Source: the human T2T-CHM13v2.0 reference genome, Homo sapiens. Taken from it: a DNA stretch of 64,000 nt. The DNA lies in NCBI RefSeq assembly GCF_009914755.1, contig NC_060928.1; one strand, written 5' to 3'. Position 1 is the stretch's first letter. Each line of letters starts with the position of its first letter. Below are positions 53,966 through 64,000 of this stretch, piece after piece. The notes beneath the pieces are model-generated. The model saw nothing but the letters and a program-made list of their open reading frames with translations. It was not told the origin of the DNA and did not search any database. The position numbers and the translations under genes were made by a program.

Positions 53966-55019
53966 GAGCCTTCTGGACTTGAAATTGTAGGAGCTGGATT
54001 TAATTTTCTGTTCAGTAATTTCCAAGAGAGATAACATTAAGTTATAATAAACATAACTCTATAATATTGTTGTGAAAATAAATAAAATACACATACTATA
54101 GTCTATTAAAATGTATAAAGCTTTATAATATAAAGATTTATTTTTACTATTGTGCAATTGAATTTCTTTCTAAAATGATGATTGGACAGGGCATGAAGCT
54201 GCATCTATAATAAGAGACAAGGAAAGTTGGCTTAAATCACATGACTTAACTAAAGCATATGGAAGAGCTTTCCAACAGTGAAAACTTCAAAATGTGGCCA
54301 TGAATTAATACAGGAAATTATGAGGCTATAATATAATCTCTGAAAGTTAAATCTCTTTGAAGACTCAAACTAAATTATTTAAATTCTTCATGATCTAAAT
54401 GGGTTTGAAATTTCACTTAAAAAGATGACATTTTAGGGCTATTTATTTACTTTTTACTATAAAAATAACAAAGGGCCATGTTGGGAAATTACAAAACAAT
54501 AAAAGACAAAATCCCTATCATCTACAAGCTAGTGATTTTAACTTATATAGTGAGAAGACATATATAATAACTCTTGAAATATAAATGAAATAACACCTCA
54601 TGTCATCACAGTGCAAAATACTAGTCCTATGAACTTTCTTATTATAGTCACTTCCACCGCTGGCATTTGTAGCACGATTTCCCACATGTCACCTCCCTTC
54701 GTGGCTTGTTTAGTCCAATGCTATTTTTTATTTTAGCATCTTCATCTGCTTTTCATCACCAACATGTTTGAGTTTCTGGCTTTGTGTCATTTGTCATGAA
54801 ATTCTCGCCTTGTGTGTATTTACTAAGCGGAGAAAGATTTGATAGCCTCCACTAATATATAATTTAGTTTAATATTTATACTTGTTGTCAAATAACCTGG
54901 TAACTGTTTCATGTCATCTCATGTATGCATACTCACTTCCTAACTTAAATGTAAACTTATTTCATATATAGTGTATTTACGTGTATTTCATATACAGTAT
55001 ACATATTTTATATGAGCCA

Positions 55020-55600
55020 TAAGATGGTATTAGATTCAACTACAATTAATAGTAGAATCCAAATTCACAATGGTCAGAGCAAGAAAGAAGTTTGTTTCTC
55101 ACATATATGAATTCCGGGGAGAGAGGCCATGGTGCAGTGGCTCTGTCCCACAAAGTCCTTAGGAAGCCATCTCCTATGGCTACTGCATTACAAACTCCAG
55201 TGGGGCACTATTCATAGAGGTCATGTAGATCGTTGCCCACTGGAATTGCACAACAGTGCAGCCCTCTGGGGTTCCTCCAGCCACCACTCCAACACTCTTG
55301 GGTGTGGCCTCATGCTTATGGTCCAAGAGGATCCACACATGTGTTTCAGACAGCAAAATGAGAACAGAAAATAAGAGGACAGAGTGTATGTCCATTTCTC
55401 TCTTCGCAAAATTTCCTAGAAAGTGCCATAGAACATGTTGCTTGCAGCCTATTATGCAGTGCATTTAACATCCACATGCTCATATCTCCCTGGAAGAAAA
55501 GCCAGGAATTGCATTCTATGTTCCGTCAAGCCATAGGTCAATACAGGAAGAAAGAAATGACAGAAAATAGGGGAAAAAAAATGAAATGAAGCTGCTGTTG
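55020..55600 (-). mobile_element. MLT1J-like MaLR LTR
   Basis: aagaaagaagtttgtttctcacata...gtggctctgtcccaca...gtggcctcatgcttatggtccaaga...atttcctagaaagtgcca. Confidence 0.55.
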
Positions 55601-58499
55601 TGAGAAAGACAACAAAGCAAACGAGATTTAAAAATTGGGGGAAGATTTGTCCTATTTTGCTTGGACTATGAATCAATAAAAGGAGGCTTATTGAAAATAA
55701 AAATTTTTGCGCAAAATAGACAATCATGCAATAAAATGTACGTTCACATAAATTCATAAAAAATTTTAAAAGATATTCTGATTTTTTCAGTGATGTAAAA
55801 GTACATTTGCCTACCAGGAGATGATTCTGAGGAATAATGAGCATTTTAAAAATTTTTAAAACATCAATTACATTATTTTGTGCCCTACTCACTCAATACA
55901 TTTTTCATTGAAAAATGAAAATTTTTTTATTGAATGAAATAATTTCCAAAAAATATGCTGGAGAATCTCAGACTTTCCATCTTAACAGCTGGTGTGCAAA
56001 ACCCCCTCTCCATCTTCCTCACTAGAACTGGCATAAACATTACCTTATTGAAATGACATAGCCAGAAGGACATAAAACAAGATGTAGCTAGAGATGTCTG
56101 GAACTTATCGTTGAACTACAGCACTTGAATATAAATGGTCTCTGCAAGTCTAAATCCTTTATGGGAAAAAGGGAGCAAGGAATATGAATAAGATTTTTTT
56201 TGACTTTGAGAAATAAAGCATTCTTTCCTTTCCACTCTGATTCTCTCCTCAATTCTCTGAGAAAGGAGTTAAACCTAAAATTAGAGCTAGAAAGGAATTT
56301 CAGTGACCTTTCACCAGCAAATGGCCCCATGTGCACCTGTGAGACACCTTTACTGGAACTGCAGACACAATTGGGATATGTTCATTGCAACTTAGAACAG
56401 ATGGAACCAGTATAGGCAAAAAGTAATTTCTTATATAAGTCAATGAATTTAAACCTGTCTGATGTTGTCCAAGAGTAATTTGGAATGGATTCAGATAGTT
56501 CCAAACCACAGTATTTGGGCTTTAGCATGATCTTGTCTGGTAATGATTTAAATTTGATAAAAAGCCAGAGTTCCAACATTTTTACCCCCTTTCCCAAAAT
56601 TGATGTAGAGAGTTAGGAATTTATCATTCACCAAAATCATTTTTGTATTGCTATCCTACCATTTTACAGATAGATCATATTTTCAAGAAAAAGAAAAACT
56701 AATTTGCTGTTCATATTTTCCATTTGTAAAACCCATAACAAATATTTAACTTTCTGATGGTTAACTCTATACAAGCTTGTTTCAGTTAGTAGACAGAAAT
56801 GTGACTCTATCTGTGGCTCACAAAAGCCCCATGCATGGCACAACACAATTTTGAAAAGAGACAGATGGAAAGAGTTTATTCTCCATGTGAAAAGCTATAA
56901 TTTATTTCTTGGTAAATAAATAAATTAAAGACCACTCACATTTTGGATTTGACCAGAAACAAATGTGAAGAGCCCTCTCTAGCCTACAATGATAGCTTCA
57001 GCATCCTGTTATGTAAATAAAACTTGAGCCAGCCATTGACATTGGTGTTTATTGAATAATCAACAGTAGAAGGGCTTGATTCCTTCTACTAGGCATTGGG
57101 AGCCTGTGACAATAAGCAAATATACTAGGTCGACGTCTCATGGCTCTGATAAAATAGTTAATATGACTTTCACATTGATAGGAATAGGAAATTACAGACT
57201 TTTTATTCTGAATGACATCATATTACATGAAAAAGGGATGTAGGGATTGGTGTATATAAGTCTTCTCAACTTAATTATGAGCAATTTTATTTTTCCAATC
57301 CCCTTATACATTTTTCACATAACATGCTTTCAAATCTCCCCAACATTACGGTCATTCCTGAATAAATGAGAGTGTATATCTTCTTTGAAGTATAATGTCC
57401 CAAACTGAGCATCATGATTTAAGCATGATGTGATTGTTGCAGAATAATGGGTCTAATACCAAACTACCAAGCTTTGTATGATTTTTTCTTTTAAATTAAA
57501 GCAAGTGTCATGGCAACTATTTATAGAACATTAACAATCATCATCATTATCATCATCTAAAGGGAAGAAACACACAATTCTGCAAACTCACCAGTTCATG
57601 AACTCCACCTGAGATAGGAATGATGTCTGATTCAACTGCTTTCTTAGCATCTGCATTCTTCCTGGGAGATAGTGCTCAATAAATGTTTGCTAATGAATTC
57701 TACTACGGTAATGTATTTGGACCAAACACATTATCAGAACTATCCAGAAAGGAATTGTATGACTCAGAGGAAGAGGGTGATCTGCGGAGAAACCGCCTTT
57801 CTGGAACAGTAGTGAGCAGAAGACTGATAAATTATTCAAAACACCTGTGCACGGATTTTTCCCCTTCCGAAATGAGTATGTGGCCTTGCTCACACTGGTT
57901 CAAGAATTGAGACAATCCTGTTTGTAAGCATTCCCTTAAATAGACCCACCTGGATTTTTGGTGGAAGGCACTCCAACTGGTGAGTATAAAGAGCCAAACA
58001 CTGAGCACCTGGGATCTGACACGTATAAGTCACGGTCATTGTTGTGTTAGTTAAGGGAAGCTCAGCTGAGATGAGTTCCTACCTTGTATGAACTTGTTAC
58101 TACCAATAAGGATTTACATATTTACCTAAATGACTTGGGAACTCTTTTACCCTCATACTTTCTGTGTGTATGTATATATATGCATGTCTCTATCTCTTCC
58201 TGGTCACCTGGAACTCACGATTCTTGCAGCTGTAAATTTTAAAACCTGCCACATTAGTAGCTATTAACACCCTCTGCAAATAAGTACAGGCGTCTTAAGC
58301 AAAGTTCAAAAACAAAAATTGTAATATTTTGTTTTTAAGAAACATTTAATGAGATATACATAGAAAAAAAAGTTTAAATGTAAATAATGGGAACTAAAAT
58401 GTATTCATCTGAGTCAAATAAGGAAATCAGGATTTTTAGTTGTGCTGACGAAATGCCATAAAAGGCCAAAATGTATTTTGGTATATATAAGGATAAAAT

Positions 58500-60080
58500 T
58501 CTAACAATTTTCAAGATAGATCTATAGATAGATACACAGACATTTCCATTCCAAAACATGATTAAGCACCCAGGGTTTCAGGACCACATATACAAGCAGA
58601 GGCTGGGATTTTCATGAATAACTGAGGGTAAGAGCCAACACTAGAGATCTTGCACCAGGTAAGAAGCTAGAACTTACAAGCCAATGTCTATCCACAAATC
58701 TAGGGACCAGAATGAGCTGTCTCTTCCGTGAAATGGGAACTAGAGTAAGTAAATTAGAAAAAAATAAATAAATCTGTACACTGGCATGGAGATGTAGCAC
58801 AGATGTAGGCCACATACTATGGGCCATGAGTTCAAAAAAATGACTGCCCTGCACAGAAAGCGTAGAGCCCAAGCACACACTTATCTATAAGGTAAAGAAA
58901 CCCAATAAACCCCTTATCAAGAAGAAAAACAAAATAGCTGATCAAGAATCAATTAAACCCGTATGGATAAGACAGAAATAAACTTGGGGGGATAATTGCT
59001 GCCTCTACAACTTAGGTCATGCACAGGACTCCCACAAGTTGGCAATTTTCACCGAAGAATATACAATTAAAATTTGTAACAGCAAGAGGCAGAAATATAT
59101 CACGAGAGAGTCAATACATTCAAAAACCAAGAAGTCTCACACCCAAAATAGAAGGGCAATCTAAAAACGACTTTAAAATAAGTGTCAATAAAATGTTTAA
59201 ATGAATAAACAAAGTGACAAAATCAGGAGGAAGATTGAGGATGAAGTTTATACATTGTTCAATTAAATATATATGTAGATACAGTATATATAGAAAATAC
59301 TTTATACAGTTTATATTTATAATATGCATTATATATAATGATATATAGATATATAGATATAGATATAGATATATAGAGAGAGACCTTTTAAACTTCCAAA
59401 TCACAGGCATGAAGTGGAGGAGAACAATTCAGAGAAAGAGAGATAAAACAATAAAACAACAATAACAAATAAAAATCCAGGAAAAACATAGCATAAGGTA
59501 ATAGAATTATAATCAAACACATTAACAATTAGAATATATGAAAATCAATTAAACATTAAAGTCAAAATTCTGATACTGGATTACCTACAACATCACTATA
59601 TTTACCAAAGACAAGTTTATAACACAATGAGACAGAAATGTTAACATAAAATGATGGGGAATAAGACCAGGCAAATATTTACCAAAACAACGCTTTGATA
59701 GAAATAAAAGACAAAAAATATGAATAAGGATAAAACATGATCTTATTCATTCATAAAGGAAACAATGGTCTAAAAAGACATAACAATCATAAGTATGAAT
59801 ATTTCTTAAAATAAAGTCTCAAACATCAAGGCCAAAACCTGACAAAAATAACAAGAAGAAAATAAAAAATAGGTAACACCTTGGATTTCCACATACTTCT
59901 TTCCGAAAATACATAGAATATTAGTAGGGATGTAGGTTAAAACAACACAATTAACAATCTTGATTTAACAGATATATGTAGAACCATTACCTAACAAATG
60001 GAGAAAGTGCATTTTTTAAAATATATATGAATTATTTTCAAAATTGATCCTGTAGCAATCAATAAAGGAAGCTTAATGTT
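58500..60080 (+). mobile_element. Ancient L1 (L1ME-like) ORF1/ORF2 endonuclease-region fossil
   Basis: gacagaaatgttaacataaaatgatgggga...aaaagacataacaatcataagtatg...aacaacacaattaacaatcttgatttaacagatatatgtagaac, with many stops. An internal (ATATAG)n lies at 59339-59375. Confidence 0.6.
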
Positions 60081-61080
60081 TTATCAGTGGGAAAAAATAG
60101 AATCTTGTAGAAATCTCAAGGGAAGCCACTAGGGAGTTTTAACTTAGAAGCGATATGATCCTCTCAATTTTAAGGATCATCATGACTGCAGTATTGAAAA
60201 GAAGTTGTAGGACTGAAGAAGGACTAAAGATGACACAGACAGTCGAGATTACTTAATAAACGAACAGTAGGTTGAAGAAGACAGAAAAAAAATTAGTGCA
60301 AACGAAATAGTGGAAAAACTAATCATGAATGAAATACTCACTTCATAGAAATTACATAGAAACATACATAACATAGAAATATAAGTGCTATGTAGAACAA
60401 AATGGTAGTCTTCTCTAGAGTAAATGCAAAAGCAGGGATACAATATATGTAAGTTTTCTGAACTATTTTCTAGTTTAGGGGGAAAAAAATGTTAAGGGTT
60501 GGAATAAAGCCAAGAAGCTACATCAGTGTGGCAGCCCTGCTGAATCAGTTGCCTGGTAGTTTTACCACTCTCTCACGGTCTTTGAAATTAATTATGATAT
60601 TGGGCTTGTTGGGGTCTTCCATATCACAATGCCTTCAAAAGAAAAAAAAAAGACCCAGTGTTTACTTACTGACATTGGGTTAATTTATCAAAAAGTTCAC
60701 TTAACAAGGTAATTTATTATCTTTTACCATATATAATACCGATAATTCTAAGTTATCCAAAGAAAACAGTAAAATCTTCCATCTTCTAGAGAAAACTTAA
60801 ATGGATAAGGAATTAGCAAAAGGAGAGTAAGAGAGAAAATACCTTTTGTTTAACTGCTGAGCTTTATATGAAGGGTTAGAACAGAATTTTCTGAAGTTTG
60901 GCCACTTAAAGGACTTAGACCTATTTAATGACATTCTTCTAATTTTGAAACATCTTTCCCTTCTCAAAAGAAGTGGTCACAAGTGGTAGAGTGTTAGCTA
61001 AGCTTAAAATCACTTAGATTTACAATGCAATTTTTAAAATTATAAATCAGTAAAGATAAAATTTTAAGTTGACAAATAAC

Positions 61081-61115
<35 letters not shown>

Positions 61116-61818
61116 TTATTACAAAATTTAACCACATTCTTTGTTTGCTTCTTCTTTGTCCCCCATAGAGGAATATACACACATACTTACCCTACACATT
61201 TAAAATTTTTATGATTCTAAAGGTATTTTTCCCACAATTTACATAAAGTTTCCCTGTTATCCATTAAAGTGAGTATTCTAACTCTTTTGATATTTCACAA
61301 CTTTTCTGGTGGAGGCCTTAAAAATTTATAATTTCTTCCATTATGTAGTCATTTGATATAATTTAGAATTGTTGATTTTTCTCTTAACTATCCTATGTCA
61401 TAGCATCATGGTGGTAAAACACCACCATCAAACTAAAAATCATATACACTGCTTAAATACTTATAAACTAGAAAATATATCATAGGAAAAATGTGACCAC
61501 TAAATTGTTTGTTGAATAACATGCCTATAAAAAGAAAATAATTTAGATTTAAGCTGATAGTTACATAGAGTAAAAGAAATATTTGGATGTCCTTTGAGAT
61601 TATTCATTTCAACAAAGTCTGTCATGCCCAATAAGTACCAAATGACAGTGTGGGAACATGTGAAACTGAAACTGGACTGTTAAAGAAATCTTAGCAGAAA
61701 TATGGAAAATCAGAATATGAAATGTACAAACCCCAGCTAAGTCATAGACTATCATTTTCATTATCTGTCACCTGACAGCAGATTATCTACTCCTAAACTG
61801 TGTTTAAAGTATCTCATA

Positions 61819-62716
61819 GAGCCAAGATGGCCGAATAGGAACAGCTCCGGTCTACAGCTCCCAGCGTGAGCGACGCAGAAGACGGTGATTTCTGCATTTC
61901 CATCTGAGGTACCGGGTTCATCTCACTAGGGAGTGCCAGACAGTGGGCGCAGGCCAGTGTGTGTGCGCACCGTGCGCGAGCCGAAGCAGGGCGAGGCATT
62001 GCCTCACCTGGGAAGCGCAAGGGGTCAGGGAGTTCCCTTTCCGAGTCAAAGAAAGGGGTGACGGACGCACCTGGAAAATCGGGTCACTCCCACCCGAATA
62101 TTGCGCTTTTCAGACCGGCTTAAGAAACGGCGCACCATGAGACTATATCCCACACCTGGCTCGGAGGGTCCTACGCCCACGGAATCTCGCTGATTGCTAG
62201 CACAGCAGTCTGAGATCAAACTGCAAGGCGGCAACGAGGCTGGGGGAGGGGCGCCCGCCATTGCCCAGGCTTGCTTAGGTAAACAAAGCAGCCGGGAAGC
62301 TCGAACTGGGTGGAGCCCACCACAGCTCAAGGAGGCCTGCCTGCCTCTGTAGGCTCCACCTCTGGGGGCAGGGCACAGACAAACAAAAAGACAGCAGTAA
62401 CCTCTGCAGACTTAAGTGTCCCTGTCTGACAGCTTTGAAGAGAGCAGTGGTTCTCCCAGGAGGCAGCTGGAGATCTGAGAACGGGCAGACTGCCTCCTCA
62501 AGTGGGTCCCTGACTCCTGACCCCCGAGCAGCCTAACTGGGAGGCACCCCCCAGCAGGGGCACACTGACACCTCACACGGCAGGGTATTCCAACAGACCT
62601 GCAGCTGAGGGTCCTGTCTGTTAGAAGGAAAACTAACAACCAGAAAGGACATCTACACCGAAAACCCATCTGTACATCACCATCATCAAAGACCAAAAGT
62701 AGATAAAACCACAAAG
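61819..62716 (+). promoter_or_regulatory. L1 5'UTR bidirectional (sense and antisense) internal promoter, CpG island
   Basis: YY1 site caagatggc at 61823-31 is intact, SOX-type aaacaaa sites lie at ~62281 and ~62381, and CpGs are dense. Only about 7 nt of the 5' G-rich end are missing. Confidence 0.9.
62046..62261 (-). CDS. ORF0: LINE-1 antisense ORF0 protein (71 aa, V42M variant)
   Basis: MAGAPPPASLPPCSLISDCCASNQRDSVGVGPSEPGVGYSLMVRRFLSRSEKRNIRVGVTRFSRCVRHPFL. Splice donors follow nt 106 (CCAG|GTGTGG, 62156) and nt 191 (CCAG|GTGCGT, 62071). Confidence 0.85.
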   Translation of the reverse strand: MAGAPPPASLPPCSLISDCCASNQRDSVGVGPSEPGVGYSLMVRRFLSRSEKRNIRVGVTRFSRCVRHPFL

Positions 62717-63733
62717 ATGGGGAAAAAACAGAACAGAAAAACTGGAAACTCTAAAACGCAGAGCGCCTCTCCTCCTCCAAAGGAACGCAGTTCCTCACCA
62801 GCAACAGAACAAAGCTGGATGGAGAATGATTTTGACGAGCTGAGAGAAGAAGGCTTCAGACGATCAAATTACTCTGAGCTACGGGAGGACATTCAAACCA
62901 AAGGCAAAGAAGTTGAAAACTTTGAAAAAAATTTAGAAGAATGTATAACTAGAATAACCAATACAGAGAAGTGCTTAAAGGAGCTGATGGAGCTGAAAAC
63001 CAAGGCTCGAGAACTACGTGAAGAATGCAGAAGCCTCAGGAGCCGATGCGATCAACTGGAAGAAAGGGTATCAGCAATGGAAGATGAAATGAATGAAATG
63101 AAGCGAGAAGGGAAGTTTAGAGAAAAAAGAATAAAAAGAAATGAGCAAAGCCTCCAAGAAATATGGGACTATGTGAAAAGACCAAATCTACGTCTGATTG
63201 GTGTACCTGAAAGTGATGTGGAGAATGGAACCAAGTTGGAAAACACTCTGCAGGATATTATCCAGGAGAACTTCCCCAATCTAGCAAGGCAGGCCAACGT
63301 TCAGATTCAGGAAATACAGAGAACGCCACAAAGATACTCCTCGAGAAGAGCAACTCCAAGACACATAATTGTCAGATTCACCAAAGTTGAAATGAAGGAA
63401 AAAATGTTAAGGGCAGCCAGAGAGAAAGGTCGGGTTACCCTCAAAGGAAAGCCCATCAGACTAACAGCGGATCTCTCGGCAGAAACCCTACAAGCCAGAA
63501 GAGAGTGGGGGCCAATATTCAACATTCTTAAAGAAAAGAATTTTCAACCCAGAATTTCATATCCAGCCAAACTAAGCTTCATAAGTGAAGGAGAAATAAA
63601 ATACTTTATAGACAAGCAAATGTTGAGAGATTTTGTCACCACCAGGCCTGCCCTAAAAGAGCTCCTGAAGGAAGCGCTAAACATGGAAAGGAACAACCGG
63701 TACCAGCCGCTGCAAAATCATGCCAAAATGTAA
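62717..63733 (+). CDS. L1 ORF1: LINE-1 ORF1p (RNA-binding nucleic-acid chaperone; coiled coil, RRM, CTD), intact 338 aa
   Basis: MGKKQNRKTGNSKTQ...NHAKM, with the conserved REKG, ARR and YPAKLS motifs intact. A 63-nt spacer (63734-63796) follows. Confidence 0.98.
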   Translation: MGKKQNRKTGNSKTQSASPPPKERSSSPATEQSWMENDFDELREEGFRRSNYSELREDIQTKGKEVENFEKNLEECITRITNTEKCLKELMELKTKARELREECRSLRSRCDQLEERVSAMEDEMNEMKREGKFREKRIKRNEQSLQEIWDYVKRPNLRLIGVPESDVENGTKLENTLQDIIQENFPNLARQANVQIQEIQRTPQRYSSRRATPRHIIVRFTKVEMKEKMLRAAREKGRVTLKGKPIRLTADLSAETLQARREWGPIFNILKEKNFQPRISYPAKLSFISEGEIKYFIDKQMLRDFVTTRPALKELLKEALNMERNNRYQPLQNHAKM

Positions 63734-63796
63734 AGACCATCGAGACTAGGAAGAAACTGCATCAACTAATGAGCAAAATCACCAGCTAACATCATA

Positions 63797-64000
63797 ATGA
63801 CAGGATCAAATTCACACATAACAATATTAACTTTAAATATAAATGGACTAAATTCTGCAATTAAAAGACACAGACTGGCAAGTTGGATAAAGAGTCAAGA
63901 CCCATCAGTGTGCTGTATTCAGGAAACCCATCTCACGTGCAGAGACACACATAGGCTCAAAATAAAAGGATGGAGGAAGATCTACCAAGCCAATGGAAAA
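63797..64000 (+). CDS. L1 ORF2: LINE-1 ORF2p N-terminus (APE-type endonuclease), partial, 68 codons
   Basis: MTGSNSHITILTLNINGLNSAIKRHRLASWIKSQDPSVCCIQETHLTCRDTHRLKIKGWRKIYQANGK, open to the window edge. Catalytic N14 and E43 are present. Confidence 0.96.
   Translation, partial: MTGSNSHITILTLNINGLNSAIKRHRLASWIKSQDPSVCCIQETHLTCRDTHRLKIKGWRKIYQANGK

Larger units (their letters stand above)
61819..64000 (+). mobile_element. L1HS (Ta-1d-type) LINE-1, near-full-length 5' end, continuing beyond the window
   Basis: gagccaagatggccgaataggaacagctccgg... essentially matches the L1.3-type sequence. It shows the G-deleted gaagacggtgatt, ctgactcctgacc and caaatgttgaga states. It is preceded by an endonuclease-type site ttt|aaagtatctcata. 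Confidence 0.97.

Noticed and set aside
57683-57910. 75-aa ATG-initiated ORF (MFANEFYY…)
   Set aside because: It begins in an L2/MIR-end-like sequence, has no recognisable homology, and its length is expected by chance.
61814-63525. Other L1-overlapping ORFs (61814-62020, 61943-62140, 62412-62714, 63307-63525)
   Set aside because: They are incidental frames within the L1 sequence. Only ORF0, ORF1 and ORF2 are established products.

Overview
This is human (hominid) genomic DNA: AT-rich, gene-poor and dominated by interspersed repeats. It holds 7 Alus, MIR/L2/old-L1 fragments, hAT and Tigger DNA-transposon fossils, and about 10 solo LTRs (MER4A1, MLT2A2, MLT1, MER57, LTR1, MER41B, MST, LTR16, THE1A). 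The only credible protein-coding sequence belongs to a young L1HS element with Ta-1d-type diagnostics. It starts at 61819 and runs off the right edge, with a near-complete 5'UTR/promoter, antisense ORF0, an intact 338-aa ORF1 and the first 68 codons of ORF2. I could not recognise a host gene, and the other listed ORFs are low-complexity or repeat-derived artefacts. There are no rRNA, tRNA or CRISPR features, and I see no convincing wholly new multi-gene system. The best leads are: (1) a CpG>TpG change in this L1 that creates a Kozak-context upstream ORF and also ORF0 V42M; (2) minus-strand cryptic exons that the L1 antisense promoter/ORF0 could splice into, one of them in frame; (3) a MER41B LTR with both STAT1 GAS sites intact; (4) a ~420-bp G-rich tract apparently grown from a MIR tail; (5) an old ~190-bp templated insertion inside an L2; (6) an adjacent E-box/D-box pair. 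Repeat family and subfamily names come from my recollection of consensus sequences, not from a database search. Boundaries of ancient repeats are approximate.
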